From Candidatus Limnocylindrales bacterium (lineage in GTDB: Bacteria; Chloroflexota; Limnocylindria; Limnocylindrales; CSP1-4): a stretch of 24,770 nt of DNA. The DNA lies in NCBI GenBank assembly GCA_036402715.1, contig DASWSI010000021.1, positions 1-24,770 of the forward strand, read 5' to 3'. Below are positions 1 to 10,097 of the stretch, one piece after another. Each line of letters begins with the position of its first letter. Position 1 is the first letter of the stretch. The position numbers and the translations under genes are program-made. A model generated the notes under the pieces. That model did no database searches. It was not told the origin of the DNA and worked only from the letters and a program-made list of their open reading frames with translations.

Positions 1-585
1 CTCGTCGACCAGGGCTCGGCTCACGACCTCCCCCACGGCGTCGTCGCTCAGCGGCTCGAGGGTGAGGAGAAGCGAGCGCGACAGCAGCGGGGAGATGACC
101 GAGAAGAACGGGTTCTCCGTGGTCGCCGCGATCAGGGTCACCCAACGGTTCTCTACGCCGGGCAGCAGCGCGTCCTGCTGGGCCTTCGAGAAGCGGTGCA
201 CCTCGTCGACGAACAGCACCGTCTCCTGGCCTCCTCGTACGAGCGTCCGTCGGGCGGAGTCGATGACCTCCCTGAGCTCCTTGACCCCGGTGGACACGGC
301 CGACAGCTCGACGAACCGGCGGTCCGTCTGCGCCGAGACGACGCCCGCGATCGTCGTCTTGCCGGTACCGGGCGGACCCCACAGCAGCAGGGCGGTCGTC
401 TGGTCCGCCTCGACCAGCCGGCGAAGCGGGGACCCCTCGGCCAGCAGGTGGTCCTGGCCGACCAGCTCGTCCAGGGTGCGCGGGCGCATCCGTACCGCCA
501 GCGGGGCGGCACGGTGGGCGCTCCCGGCGAGGCTGCCCCCGGACGGCGGCGCGGCGACTACCTCGAAGAGGGCCTCGGAGTCCAC
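1..585 (-). CDS. rarA: Replication-associated recombination protein A (RarA/MgsA AAA+ ATPase), 3' end beyond window
   Basis: Not in the ORF track because it has no stop in the window. Translated by hand from GTG at 585: MDSEALFE...[22 protein letters not shown]...[15 protein letters not shown] (Walker A)...[20 protein letters not shown] (Walker B)...[21 protein letters not shown]. These are the RarA/MgsA hallmark motifs. An in-frame TAG lies just upstream of the GTG. Confidence 0.95.
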   Translation of the reverse strand, partial: MDSEALFEVVAAPPSGGSLAGSAHRAAPLAVRMRPRTLDELVGQDHLLAEGSPLRRLVEADQTTALLLWGPPGTGKTTIAGVVSAQTDRRFVELSAVSTGVKELREVIDSARRTLVRGGQETVLFVDEVHRFSKAQQDALLPGVENRWVTLIAATTENPFFSVISPLLSRSLLLTLEPLSDDAVGEVVSRALVDE

Positions 586-597
586 GCCATCACCCTA
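586..597 (-). promoter_or_regulatory. Putative -10 box (TAGGGT) for a leaderless rarA transcript
   Basis: Minus strand reads TAGGGT-GATGGC-GTG: a TANNNT hexamer exactly 6 nt before the start codon with no Shine-Dalgarno, the usual geometry of leaderless genes. Confidence 0.5.
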
Positions 598-679
598 GCC
601 ACCGACGGCCCACACCTCCGGCAGACGTCGAGCACGTGCTCCCGCAAAGCGCGCCGACGCGGCGGGAGACGCGCCGACC

Positions 680-1891
680 TCAGACGGCGGTGCTGCCGTG
701 GCCGAGCTCGGCGGTCGACGACGACGTCGTCGTCGACGTCCCGTTCGTCGCCGGCGCCGTCTCGTCGAGCGCGATCACCTGCAGCGGCTCCGCGAAGTGG
801 CAGGCGACCTGGCGGCCACCGACCTGCAGCAGCGGCGGCTCCTCGTTCGCACAGATCTCCTGAGCCTTCCAGCACCGAGTGCGGAATCGGCACCCCGAGG
901 GTGGGTTGATCGGGCTCGGCACATCGCCTTCGAGCCGGATCCGCTCGCGGCGACCGCCGATGGCGGCCTGCCTGACGTCGGGCGCGGCCGAGAGGAGCGC
1001 CTGGGTGTAGGGATGGTGGGGCGTCAGGTAGATCTGGTCCCGGTCACCCATCTCCATGATCTTGCCGAGGTACATCACCGCGATCCGGTCGCTGATGTGG
1101 CGGACGACAGAGAGGTCATGGGCGATGAAGAGGTACGTCAGCCCGAACTGACCCTGAAGCCGCTCGAGCAGGTTGATGATCTGCGCCTGGATCGAGACGT
1201 CGAGCGCGGAGATCGGCTCGTCCGCGACGATGAGGTCCGGGTTCAGGGACAGCGCCCGCGCGACGCCGATCCGCTGCCGCTGCCCACCGGAGAACTCGTG
1301 CGGGTAGCGGTCCGCGAAGTCCGGGTTCATGCCGACCGTCGCCAGGAGCTCCCGGACCCGGCCCCGGCGCTCGGCCGGCCGCCCGATGCCGTGGACGTCG
1401 AGCGGCTCACCGACGATCGCGGCCACGTTCATCCGCGGATTCAGGCTCGCATACGGGTCCTGGAAGATCATCTGCATCCGACGCCGCATCCGGCGCAGCG
1501 CCCGGCCCTCGAGGCTCGCAAGGTCGACGCCGTCGAACACGATCCGGCCCGCCGTCGGCTTGTAGAGCCGAATGATCCCGCGCCCGGTCGTGCTCTTGCC
1601 GCATCCGGACTCCCCGACGAGCCCGAGCGTCTCGCCGCGCCGAATCGAGAGGTCGATCCCGTCGACGGCGCGGACGTCGCCGACGTGGCGCTCGATGACG
1701 ATCCCCTCGGTGATCGGGAACCAGATCTTCAGGTCCTCGACCGAGAGCAATGGCGCGCCCGCGGCGTCGGCGGCGCCGGTCGTATCACGGCCGCCGCTTG
1801 TCGCGACGGCGCCCGCGGCTGGGACCCCGCCGCCCGGCGGCACGGCCGGGCTCCCGCGAGTCGATCCGTCCGGCATCGGGGACATCGTCAT
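680..1891 (-). CDS. dppF: Dipeptide/oligopeptide ABC transporter ATP-binding subunit (DppF/OppF), system 1
   Basis: GESGCGKST Walker A, FSGGQRQR signature, [19 protein letters not shown] and C-terminal Cys cluster (CRFRTRC...C...ACH). ATG at 1891 overlaps the TGA of the upstream dppD (ATGA); 403 aa. The extension to 2278 in the ORF track overlaps dppD and is not used. Confidence 0.93.
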   Translation of the reverse strand: MTMSPMPDGSTRGSPAVPPGGGVPAAGAVATSGGRDTTGAADAAGAPLLSVEDLKIWFPITEGIVIERHVGDVRAVDGIDLSIRRGETLGLVGESGCGKSTTGRGIIRLYKPTAGRIVFDGVDLASLEGRALRRMRRRMQMIFQDPYASLNPRMNVAAIVGEPLDVHGIGRPAERRGRVRELLATVGMNPDFADRYPHEFSGGQRQRIGVARALSLNPDLIVADEPISALDVSIQAQIINLLERLQGQFGLTYLFIAHDLSVVRHISDRIAVMYLGKIMEMGDRDQIYLTPHHPYTQALLSAAPDVRQAAIGGRRERIRLEGDVPSPINPPSGCRFRTRCWKAQEICANEEPPLLQVGGRQVACHFAEPLQVIALDETAPATNGTSTTTSSSTAELGHGSTAV

Positions 1892-3198
1892 CGACCGGTG
1901 CTCCCGCCGCTCGTCCCACCACGGCCGCCATCGGGGTCCGGCTCGATCGGCAGCCCGCCCGCGCTCGCCGCAGGGCTCACGGGGCCGCCATCGACCATCG
2001 TCACGACCTCTTCCGGCGCTCCGCCGAGGGAGATGTCCGCGGTCGCCGCCGGGCCGCCGGCCGCGGCGGCGAGCTCGTCGATCGCGACACCAGGCGGCGG
2101 CGCGGCAACGAAGCCGGGCCGAAGGGGACGCCCGGCCGTGGCCTCCTCCCGCGTCGGCTGGTTGTGGCAGGCGGCCATATGCGTGGCCGCGACCCCCGTC
2201 ATCACCGTCCGGTCCCCGCGATGGATCGGGGCGAGCGGCGGGTTGTTCGTCCAGCACACCGGGAGCCGCCACGCGCAACGCGGCGCGAACGGGCAGCCCG
2301 TCGGCTCCCGGCGCTGGTCGGGCGGCGTGCCCTCGATCGGGATGAGCGGCGCGTGCGCCTCGTCGTCGACACGCGGGATCGAGTGGAGCAGCCCGACCGT
2401 GTACGGGTGGGACGGCTCGGCGAACACGTCGACCGTTGTGCCCGTCTCGACGATGAAGCCCGCGTACATGACGTTGATCCGCTGGGTCATCCCCGCGACG
2501 ACGCCGAGATCGTGGGTGATGAGGATCACGGCCGTCCCGAGCCGCTCCGTCAGGTCCTTCAGGAGCTCGAGGACCTGGGCCTGGATCGTGACGTCGAGCG
2601 CCGTCGTGGGCTCATCGGCGATCAGGAGCTTCGGCTCGAGCGCGAGCGCCATCGCGATCATCACCCGCTGCCGCATCCCGCCGCTGAACTGGTGCGGGTG
2701 GGCGGCGAGCCGCGTCTCGGGCTTCGGGATGCCGACCATTCCGAGGAGCTGGACCGCGCGCGCCCGCGCTTCGGCGACGGTCACCTTTCGGTGCGCCCGG
2801 ATCGTCTCGGTCATCTGCTCGCCGATCGTCAGCACGGGGTTCAGCGACGTCATCGGGTCCTGGAAGATCATCGCGATCTCCTTGCCGCGGATGTCCCGGA
2901 TCTCCGACTCGGACATCGCGACGAGATCGAGGCCGTCGAACTCGACGGTGCCGCGCTCGATCCGTCCCGCGGGCTTCGGCAGGAGCCGCATGATCCCGAG
3001 ATTCGTGACGCTCTTGCCGCAGCCGGATTCGCCGACGAGGCCCAGGGTCTCCCCGGCCTCGAGCTCGAACGTGATGCCGTTGACGGCGTGGACGGTCGCC
3101 TCGTGCGTCCTGAAGCGCACGACGAGGTCGTTCACCCGAAGAAGCGGCTCGGATGCCGGACGCCGTCGTGCGCCGGGATCCGCGAAGGCTCGACTCAC
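1888..3198 (-). CDS. dppD: Dipeptide/oligopeptide ABC transporter ATP-binding subunit (DppD/OppD), system 1
   Basis: [54 protein letters not shown]...C...ACH. GTG at 3198 overlaps the dppC stop (GTGA); 436 aa with a long Ala/Pro/Gly-rich C-terminal tail. Confidence 0.93.
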   Translation of the reverse strand: MSRAFADPGARRRPASEPLLRVNDLVVRFRTHEATVHAVNGITFELEAGETLGLVGESGCGKSVTNLGIMRLLPKPAGRIERGTVEFDGLDLVAMSESEIRDIRGKEIAMIFQDPMTSLNPVLTIGEQMTETIRAHRKVTVAEARARAVQLLGMVGIPKPETRLAAHPHQFSGGMRQRVMIAMALALEPKLLIADEPTTALDVTIQAQVLELLKDLTERLGTAVILITHDLGVVAGMTQRINVMYAGFIVETGTTVDVFAEPSHPYTVGLLHSIPRVDDEAHAPLIPIEGTPPDQRREPTGCPFAPRCAWRLPVCWTNNPPLAPIHRGDRTVMTGVAATHMAACHNQPTREEATAGRPLRPGFVAAPPPGVAIDELAAAAGGPAATADISLGGAPEEVVTMVDGGPVSPAASAGGLPIEPDPDGGRGGTSGGSTGR

Positions 3199-4088
3199 CG
3201 CTTGAGCCGCGGATCGAGCGATTCCCGGAGGCCGTCGCCGAGGAGGTTGAAGCCGATGGCGCTGATCGAGATCGCCGCCCCGGGGAAGAGCAGGAGCCAC
3301 GGCGCGGCCTGGAGGAAGCTCCGGGCGTCGGTCAGCATCGTCCCCCACTCCGCGGTCCGCGGGTCCGGCGGGCCGAGGCCCAGGAACCCGAGGCCCGCGA
3401 CGTCGATGATCGCGGTCGCGAGCGCGAGCGTCGCCGCGACGATGAGCGGCGTGAGGGCGTTGGGAAGCATGTGGCGAAGAAGGATTCGCGGTCCCGTCGC
3501 GCCGATCGACCGCGCCGCCGTCACGAAGTCCGCTTCGCGGAGCGCAAGCAGGCTGCCGCGGAGAAGCCGGGCGAAGATCGGCGCGTTCGTGACGGCGACG
3601 GCGAGCATGATCTGGATCAGGCCGCGGTCGAGCCACGCGACGATCCCGATCGCCAGCAGGATCCCGGGGATGGCGAGCAGCACGTCGACGACCCGCATGA
3701 GGACCGCGTCGACCTTCCCGCCGACGGCCCCCGCAACGGCACCGACGACCCCGCCCATGATCAGCCCGAGGATCACGGACACGACGCCGACGTAGAGGCT
3801 GATCTGCGCGCCGTAGAGGACGCGGCTGAACTCGTCGCGCCCCAGCTTGTCCGTCCCGAACAGGTGCGCGCCACCCGGCGGCAGCGGGTGCGGCAGGAGC
3901 TTCCCCTCCGTGGGTCCGTACGGGGCGATGACAGGCGCCAGAATCGCCGTCGTCACGAACAGCGCGATGAGCAGCAGGCCGAACATCGCCGGCCGGTTGC
4001 GGCGGAGGCGGCCGAGGGCGTCACGCCACAGGCCACGACTGGCGCGCGGCGCGGCGACGACCCGGGCAGTGATCGTGGTGGCTGCCAT
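3195..4088 (-). CDS. dppC: Dipeptide/oligopeptide ABC transporter permease (DppC/OppC), system 1
   Basis: LWRDALGRLRRN N-terminal helix, HLFGTDKLGRDEFSRVLYGAQISL, EAA-loop FVTAARSIGA, ending NLLGDGLRESLDPR. ATG at 4088 overlaps the dppB stop (TGATG); 297 aa. Confidence 0.93.
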   Translation of the reverse strand: MAATTITARVVAAPRASRGLWRDALGRLRRNRPAMFGLLLIALFVTTAILAPVIAPYGPTEGKLLPHPLPPGGAHLFGTDKLGRDEFSRVLYGAQISLYVGVVSVILGLIMGGVVGAVAGAVGGKVDAVLMRVVDVLLAIPGILLAIGIVAWLDRGLIQIMLAVAVTNAPIFARLLRGSLLALREADFVTAARSIGATGPRILLRHMLPNALTPLIVAATLALATAIIDVAGLGFLGLGPPDPRTAEWGTMLTDARSFLQAAPWLLLFPGAAISISAIGFNLLGDGLRESLDPRLKR

Positions 4089-5092
4089 CAGGAGTACCGG
4101 ATGCGGGGGTTGAGGTAGGCGTAGCCGATGTCGACGAGGAGATTCACGACGAGGAAGATCAGGGCGAAGATGAGGATCGACGACTGGATGATGAAGTAGT
4201 CGCGGTCGCCGATCGCGTCGACGACCCACTTCCCGACGCCGGACCAGGCGAAGACGGTCTCGGTGATGACGGCGCCGGCGAGAAGCCCGCCGACCTGGAG
4301 CCCGACCACGGTCGTGACCGGCAGCCAGGCGTTTCGCATGATGTGCCGGTCGTCGACACGACGCTCGCTGAGCCCCTTCGCGCGGGCGGTTCGGACGTAG
4401 TCCTCGTTCGCCACGTCGAGCACCGCCGCGCGGGTGATCCGGGTGATGATCGCGAGCGGAATCGAGCCGAGCGCGATCGCCGGCAGGATCAGGTGGCGGA
4501 CGGCGTCAGCGAAGACGTCGAAGCGACGGGCGACGAGCGAATCGACGAGATAGAAGTTCGACGGCGCGGTGAATCCGATCCGCGGGTCGATTCGCCCCGA
4601 TGTCGGGAGCCAGTGCAGCTGGGCCCCGAAGATGTACTGCAGCGTCAGCCCCAGGACGAAGATCGGGATGCTGATGCCGAGCAGCGAGATGACCGTCACT
4701 CCCCCGTCGATCGCCGTCTGGTTGTGGCGGGCGGAAAGTCGTCCGAGCGGGAACCCCACGCCGGCCGCGAAGACGAGCGCCGCGACGGTGAGCTCGATAG
4801 TCCCCGGGAACCGGGCCGCGAAGTCGTTGGCCACCGGAGCGCCGGTGATGATGCTTGCCCCGAGGTCGCCGTGGAGCAGCTGGCCGAGATAGCGGACGTA
4901 CTGCTCGTAGAGCGGCTTGTCGAGGCCGAGGTTCTCGCGGATCCGGGCGATTGACTCCGGCGTCGCGTGCTGCCCGAGGATCGAGCGGCTCGGATCGCCA
5001 GGCAGCAGGTGGACGAAGGCGAAGAGCACGATCGACAGGCCGAACAGGACGGGGATCGCCCCGATGAGCCGGCGGACGATGTACTTCACCAC
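4088..5092 (-). CDS. dppB: Dipeptide ABC transporter permease (DppB), system 1
   Basis: KYIVRRL, LPGDP, GLDKPLYEQY...HGDLG, SGRID...NFYLVDSL...HLILPAIALGSIPLAII (DppB-type loop), EDYVRTARAKGL, ending YLNPRIRYS. Start is GTG at 5092 or 5089. Confidence 0.93.
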   Translation of the reverse strand: MVKYIVRRLIGAIPVLFGLSIVLFAFVHLLPGDPSRSILGQHATPESIARIRENLGLDKPLYEQYVRYLGQLLHGDLGASIITGAPVANDFAARFPGTIELTVAALVFAAGVGFPLGRLSARHNQTAIDGGVTVISLLGISIPIFVLGLTLQYIFGAQLHWLPTSGRIDPRIGFTAPSNFYLVDSLVARRFDVFADAVRHLILPAIALGSIPLAIITRITRAAVLDVANEDYVRTARAKGLSERRVDDRHIMRNAWLPVTTVVGLQVGGLLAGAVITETVFAWSGVGKWVVDAIGDRDYFIIQSSILIFALIFLVVNLLVDIGYAYLNPRIRYS

Positions 5093-5122
5093 GGCTGGGG
5101 CCTGCCCTCCCGTTGGCGGAAA

Positions 5123-5156
5123 GACGCCCCCCGGCCCGAATCGACCGGAGGGCGTC
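5123..5156 (-). terminator. Stem-loop after dppA (partial terminator or mRNA-stabilising hairpin)
   Basis: Minus strand GACGCCCUCCGG-N10-CCGGGGGGCGUC: 12-bp stem with one U-G pair that pairs only on the transcribed strand, followed by a short UUU. Confidence 0.6.
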
Positions 5157-5193
5157 CGTGAGTCGCGTGCGGCGTGCGCCGCCGCGGCTCAGA

Positions 5194-6951
5194 TCACTTG
5201 TCGAGCCAGACCGAATTGAGAAGCTCGGTCAGGTTGCCTGCACCGACGAAGCCCTTGACGTACGCCTGGGCGACGGCGGGCGGGGTCGAGTTGACGAGCG
5301 GGACGGTCGGCAGGTCCTTCGCGAGAAGGTCCTGGGCCTTTTCCCACAGCGTCTTGGCGGTGGCCTCGTCCGTCGCGGCGAGGGCATCGTTCATCGTCTT
5401 GTCGACCTCGTCGTTCTTGTAGCCCATCTCCGGATTCGGCTTGCCGTTGATGTAGCCGAAGATGGCGGTCTTGAGGAAGTTGTCCGGGCCTGCCCAGTCG
5501 CAGGTCCAGCCGATCAGCCACATCTCGTACTTGCCCGCCGCCTCGTTGTCGAGATAGGTGGGACTCCACGTGTCGGTGTGCGGCTGGATCGTGAAGCCGG
5601 CTGCCTCGAGGTCGTTGCTGATCGCCTCGAAGACGCCCTTCGGATCCGGCAGATACGGCCGGGTGACGTCCGACGGGTAGTAGAAGTCGATGGTGAGGTC
5701 GGCGCCCGAGAGGCCGGACTGCTTGATCAGGTCCTTGGCCTTCTGGAGGTCGAAGTTCGGGAGGTTGAGGGCCTTGGCGTACTGGGTGTTCAGCGGCATC
5801 CAGTTGTCCGCGACCTTCGCCTGGCCCGCGTAGAACGTGTCGACGAGTGCCTGGCGGTTGATGGCGTACATGATCGCCTGGCGGATCTCGAGGTGGCTGA
5901 GCGGCTGCTTGGTCGACTTCGACTTGAGCAGGTGGCCCGCGTAGTTCGAGTTCATCCCGACCTGGGCGAGGTTGCACGACTCGCCGCGGTCGACGGCGAC
6001 CAGCGCGGTGTTGCTCTTGATGTTCTCGACGTCGACGGGGCTCACCTTCTGGGCGAGGTCGATGTCGCCGGCCTGGAGGCCGTTGAGGATCGCGGTCTCA
6101 TCGGAGACCGGCTTGAAGACGACGCGGTCAAGGTGCGCGATCGCGTCCTTGTTCCAGTAGTCGGCGTTCTTGACGATGTCGACCTCGGTCCCCTTGACCC
6201 ACTTGTCGAACTTGAAGGGACCGGTTCCGACCATCGCGCCCGCGCCGCCCTGGGCGTACGGGATCTTGCTGACGTCCGTGACGGTGTTGTCCGCCTTGCC
6301 GGCCTTCAGCGCCGCCGGGCTCGAGATGCCGAACTGCGGCAGCGACTGGCTCAGGAGGAAGCTCGAGTTCGGGACCTTCAGCGTGATGGTCACCTGGGTC
6401 GGGCTGTCCACCTTGACGGACGCAACGTTCGAGTCGGCGCCTTCGCCGAGGACGGTGTTGGCGTAGTAGCTGTAGTCCTGGAGCTCCTTCGGGAAGCTCG
6501 TCCAGCGGTCGTAGTTGGCCTTGACGGCATCCGCGTTGAAGTCCGTGCCGTCGTGGAACTTGACCCCTTCACGGAGCGTGAAGGTGTACGTCTTGCCGTC
6601 AGACGAGACGTCCCACTTCGTCGCAAGGATCGGCACGAGCTTGCTCGTGGAGCCCGGCGCGAGGCCGACGAGGCCCTCCATGACGTTCTGCGCGACGTAC
6701 GACGTGTTGCTGTCGTCGACGAGCGCGGAGTCCGTCCGCTTGATGTCGCCGGGGATGGCGACGACGAGCGTGCCACCCTGCTTGACCGCGCCGCCGCTCG
6801 GCGACGCGGGCGCGGCCGCGGACCCGGAGGCAGACGCCCCCGGAGCCTGCGAGGCCTGGCTCGCAGACGGTGACGGGCTGGCGGCGCCGCTGCAGGCAGC
6901 GAGCAGGATGCTCGCCAACCCCATGAGCGCGCCGATGCGTGTCCGAACCAT
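5194..6951 (-). CDS. dppA: Peptide ABC transporter substrate-binding lipoprotein (SBP family 5, DppA-like), system 1
   Basis: Lipobox LLAAC, Ser/Ala/Pro linker, EGLVGL...P.LATKWDVSSDGKTYTFTLREGVKFHDGTDFNADAVK (family 5 signature), VGTGPFKF, AINRQAL, GWTCDWAGPDNF. Strong SD AGGAGGAG upstream; 585 aa. Confidence 0.93.
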   Translation of the reverse strand: MVRTRIGALMGLASILLAACSGAASPSPSASQASQAPGASASGSAAAPASPSGGAVKQGGTLVVAIPGDIKRTDSALVDDSNTSYVAQNVMEGLVGLAPGSTSKLVPILATKWDVSSDGKTYTFTLREGVKFHDGTDFNADAVKANYDRWTSFPKELQDYSYYANTVLGEGADSNVASVKVDSPTQVTITLKVPNSSFLLSQSLPQFGISSPAALKAGKADNTVTDVSKIPYAQGGAGAMVGTGPFKFDKWVKGTEVDIVKNADYWNKDAIAHLDRVVFKPVSDETAILNGLQAGDIDLAQKVSPVDVENIKSNTALVAVDRGESCNLAQVGMNSNYAGHLLKSKSTKQPLSHLEIRQAIMYAINRQALVDTFYAGQAKVADNWMPLNTQYAKALNLPNFDLQKAKDLIKQSGLSGADLTIDFYYPSDVTRPYLPDPKGVFEAISNDLEAAGFTIQPHTDTWSPTYLDNEAAGKYEMWLIGWTCDWAGPDNFLKTAIFGYINGKPNPEMGYKNDEVDKTMNDALAATDEATAKTLWEKAQDLLAKDLPTVPLVNSTPPAVAQAYVKGFVGAGNLTELLNSVWLDK

Positions 6952-7026
6952 TAGCTCCTCCTACTCCCGGTGGCTGACGACGCGCCTCGGTGTCCTCTTC
7001 GGCGTCGCCAGTGATCGGTGTGGCGC

Positions 7027-7032
7027 ATCATA
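7027..7032 (-). promoter_or_regulatory. Putative housekeeping-sigma -10 box (TATGAT) for the dpp operon
   Basis: Minus strand GTGTGGG-TATGAT in the 172-nt gap upstream of dppA. No recognisable -35. Confidence 0.5.
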
Positions 7033-7123
7033 CCCACACCCCGATTCCGTGCTGCTCCGGCCACGCGGCGCGCGGTCGGCGATTGACGACCGCACGGCAG
7101 CGTCGCCGGCGTCGATCCATCGG

Positions 7124-7819
7124 TCACTTGAGATACAGGCGCTGCTGGGTCAGCGCTTCCTCGACCAGGTCGCTGAGCGAGCCGCGGAGCTGGCCGTACG
7201 CGGCAAGGCCGTCGTGGAGCTTCGCGAACCCGGGCGCCACGCCGGCGGAGTTGCCTGCGGCGAGCGAGTCGTGAATCTCCTTCGCCCCGTCATGGATGAG
7301 CGGGAACGCCGTGCGGTAGCCGTTCGCGATGTCGCGCGTGTGCGGGAACGCGGCGAGGTCGTTGACGCTCGGCGTCGCCGCGTCGATGGCCTTCGCCAGG
7401 GAGTCGGACGCCGTGAGCATCAGCTTGAGGTCCTCCGTGTCGGCGGACTTCTGGAGGTCGCCCGCGAGCGTGGCGACGTCCTTGTCCACGAGGCCGAGCG
7501 TCGTCACCGCGGTGACCGCGCTCTCCGGCCAGCGGCTCGGCTGGGGCGTCGCTCCCGACGCGGCGGCCGCAACCTGGGAGGCGGTCGCCGTCGACGGTGC
7601 AGCCGTGCCAACCGATGCCTGGCCACAGCCCGCGACGAGGACGGCGGCGAGGGACGAGGCAAGGAACGAGGCGAGCAGCGGTCGCCTGGGATGTCGCGTT
7701 GGCAGGGCTACCGCGGACGCGCCCGGCCCTTCGCGGCGAGCGACGCGGCCGTGTCGAACCGTCCTCGGAAGCATCCCACCCGACGCGGGTGGCATCGCGC
7801 CGCGTGCACCCGACGTCAC
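7124..7819 (-). CDS. Hypothetical lipoprotein, predicted helical
   Basis: 231 aa ORF whose GTG overlaps the oppF TGA (GTGA). Basic N-region, hydrophobic stretch and lipobox LVAGC, then an Ala/Thr linker and amphipathic helical-looking segments. The true start could lie further downstream. No family recognised. Confidence 0.75.
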   Translation of the reverse strand: MTSGARGAMPPASGGMLPRTVRHGRVARREGPGASAVALPTRHPRRPLLASFLASSLAAVLVAGCGQASVGTAAPSTATASQVAAAASGATPQPSRWPESAVTAVTTLGLVDKDVATLAGDLQKSADTEDLKLMLTASDSLAKAIDAATPSVNDLAAFPHTRDIANGYRTAFPLIHDGAKEIHDSLAAGNSAGVAPGFAKLHDGLAAYGQLRGSLSDLVEEALTQQRLYLK

Positions 7820-8970
7820 GCGGGCTCGGCGACCGCCGTGTCAACGACGGACTGCTTCGCCGCGACCGTCTCCACGCTTTCCTGGCTGATCTCCTCCGCG
7901 AAGTGGCAGGCCGTCGCATGCGCGGTCCCGACCGTGCGGAGCTGCGGCTCCTCCGTCACGCAACGCTCGGGATTGCCGAGCTGCTCGCGCAGCCAGCAGC
8001 GGGTGTGGAAGCGGCAGCCGGACGGCGGTGCCGCCGGCGACGGCACGTCGCCCTTCAGGACGAGTCGCTTCTTCCGGCGCCGCGGGTCCGCCTCGGGGAT
8101 CGCGGAAAGCAGCGCGACCGTGTACGGATGGCGTGGGTTGCGGTACAGCTCCTCGACCGACCCGAGCTCCGCGATCTTGCCGAGGTACATGACCCCGACC
8201 CGGTCGCTGAAGTACTGGACCACCGACAGGTTGTGGCTGATGAACAGGTACGTCAGATTGAACTCGCGACGGAGGTCGAGCAGCAGGTTCAGGACCTGGC
8301 TCTGGATCGAGACGTCGAGCGCCGAGACGGGCTCGTCGCAGACGACGAAATCCGGGCCGAGCGCGAGCGCCCGCGCGATCCCGATCCGCTGCCGCTGGCC
8401 GCCGCTGAACTCGTGCGGATAGCGGCGTGTGTAGTCGCGTCGCAGGCCGACCGTCTCGAGCGAATCCTCGACCTTCTTGTCGCGCTCCTTGCGATCCGAC
8501 ATGCCCTGGGCCAGCAGCCCCTCGCCGATGATGTCGCTGACCGGCATCCGGGGATTCAGCGACCCGAAGGGGTCCTGAAAGATGATCTGCATCTTGCGCC
8601 GGAGCGGCCGGAGGTCGTTCTGCGAGATGTCCGTGATGTCGTGGCCCTGGAACGCGATCCGGCCCGCCGTTGGCTCTACCAGTCGGAGGAGCGTCCGGCC
8701 GAGCGTCGTCTTGCCGCAGCCGGACTCGCCGACGAGGCTGAAGATCTCGCCCGGCATGATGTCGAAGTCGATCCCGTCGACGGCGTAGACCGTCGCGATC
8801 TGGCGGCGGAGCAGTCCGCCGACGATCGGAAAGTGCTTCTTCAGGCCGCGGATCGCGAGGAGCGGCTCCGCGGCGTCCGGCGGCGTGCCGACGGCCGGCG
8901 TGACATCGACGGCGGGCGCCGGCGTCGCTGCGGCGGCCGTGCTGCCGGACGGAGCCCCGACGTCCGTCAT
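7816..8970 (-). CDS. oppF: Oligopeptide ABC transporter ATP-binding subunit (OppF), system 2
   Basis: [43 protein letters not shown]...C...ACH. ATG at 8970 overlaps the oppD stop (ATGA); 384 aa. Confidence 0.93.
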   Translation of the reverse strand: MTDVGAPSGSTAAAATPAPAVDVTPAVGTPPDAAEPLLAIRGLKKHFPIVGGLLRRQIATVYAVDGIDFDIMPGEIFSLVGESGCGKTTLGRTLLRLVEPTAGRIAFQGHDITDISQNDLRPLRRKMQIIFQDPFGSLNPRMPVSDIIGEGLLAQGMSDRKERDKKVEDSLETVGLRRDYTRRYPHEFSGGQRQRIGIARALALGPDFVVCDEPVSALDVSIQSQVLNLLLDLRREFNLTYLFISHNLSVVQYFSDRVGVMYLGKIAELGSVEELYRNPRHPYTVALLSAIPEADPRRRKKRLVLKGDVPSPAAPPSGCRFHTRCWLREQLGNPERCVTEEPQLRTVGTAHATACHFAEEISQESVETVAAKQSVVDTAVAEPA

Positions 8971-10097
8971 GCCTGCCTCCGCTCGTCCATCGTCATCGCG
9001 TTGCGGCGACCGCCTCGCCCCACCCGCATCGCCTCTTCGTGCGCCTCGAGCGCCGGACCGCGCCGCGGCTCGCCGGCCGGCGTGTGGAGGTGGCAGCGGG
9101 CGCGCTGCCCCGCGTGATCCGTTGCGTACAGCTCCGGCGGCACCTGGCGGCAGAGATCCCAGGCGTACGGGCAGCGCGGCTCGAAGCGGCAGGCGGGCGG
9201 CAGGTTGAACGGCGACGGGACGACACCCTTGATGACCTGGAGGCGGCCGCCCCGCTTCTCGACCGTCGGGATCGACTCGATCAGCCCCATCGTGTACGGC
9301 GCCCGCGGTGAGACGAGGACCTGCTCGACGGTCCCCTCCTCCACGATCTGGCCGGCATACATGACGGCGACGTGGTCGACCACCTCGGCGACGACCCCGA
9401 GGTCGTGCGTGATGAGCATCAGCGCCGAGCCCGTCCGCTGCTGGATCGACTTCAGGAGCTCGAGGATCTGGGCCTGGATCGTGACGTCGAGCGCCGTCGT
9501 CGGCTCGTCCGCGATGAGGAGCTTCGGCTCGCATGACAGCGCCATGGCGATCATGACCCGCTGCCGCATCCCGCCGGACATCTCGTGCGGGTACTGCTTG
9601 ACGCGCCGCTCCGGCGACGGAATGCCCACCATCGTGAGCGCCTCGATCGCCCGGTCCCACGCGACCTTGTACTTGACCTTCTTGTGGAGCACGACCTGCT
9701 CGGCGATCTGGTCGCCGATCGTGAACACGGGGTTCAGGCTGGTCAGCGGCTCCTGGAAGATCATCGCCATGTCGTTGCCGCGGATCTTCCGCATGCTGTC
9801 GATCGGCATGGACAGGATCTCCTGCCCATCGAACCAGACCTCGCTGCCGGGAACGATTTCCGCCGGCGGGATGTCGAGCAGCCGCATGACGGTCAGCGCG
9901 GTGACGCTCTTGCCGGAGCCCGACTCGCCGACGATGCCGAGGGTCTTGCCGCGGCCGAGGCTGAACGAGACGCCGTCGACCGCGGGCACCACGCCGTCGA
10001 GCACGTGGAAGTAGGTCCGCATGTTCCGGACGTCGAGGAGGACGTCCCGCGCCGGCGGTGCGCCGCGTTGCCCCGGAGTGTCGATGACCTCGGTCAT
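8967..10097 (-). CDS. oppD: Oligopeptide ABC transporter ATP-binding subunit (OppD), system 2
   Basis: [50 protein letters not shown]...C...RCH; 376 aa. Confidence 0.93.
   Translation of the reverse strand: MTEVIDTPGQRGAPPARDVLLDVRNMRTYFHVLDGVVPAVDGVSFSLGRGKTLGIVGESGSGKSVTALTVMRLLDIPPAEIVPGSEVWFDGQEILSMPIDSMRKIRGNDMAMIFQEPLTSLNPVFTIGDQIAEQVVLHKKVKYKVAWDRAIEALTMVGIPSPERRVKQYPHEMSGGMRQRVMIAMALSCEPKLLIADEPTTALDVTIQAQILELLKSIQQRTGSALMLITHDLGVVAEVVDHVAVMYAGQIVEEGTVEQVLVSPRAPYTMGLIESIPTVEKRGGRLQVIKGVVPSPFNLPPACRFEPRCPYAWDLCRQVPPELYATDHAGQRARCHLHTPAGEPRRGPALEAHEEAMRVGRGGRRNAMTMDERRQA

Noticed and set aside
600-679. CTCCCGC/GCGGGAG stem after dppF as a terminator
   Set aside because: The stem is interrupted and has no U-tract after it. 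It is plausible but too weak to call.
1750-2130. Long Ala/Pro/Gly-rich tails at gene junctions (dppD C-terminus, dppF, oppF and gcvPA ends) with ATGA, GTGA or TGATG overlaps
   Set aside because: Most simply explained by stop-codon scarcity and translational coupling in high-GC operons. No repeated motif is shared between the tails.
6985-7005. GCCGAAG resemblance to a glycine aptamer in the dppA leader
   Set aside because: No GGAGA or CTCAGG partner elements, and the leader is too short.
680-10097. C-terminal four-Cys clusters in all four ABC ATPases as a novel metal site
   Set aside because: This is the known oligopeptide-transporter C-terminal (HPY) domain, already described as binding an Fe-S cluster in DppD/OppD-type ATPases.
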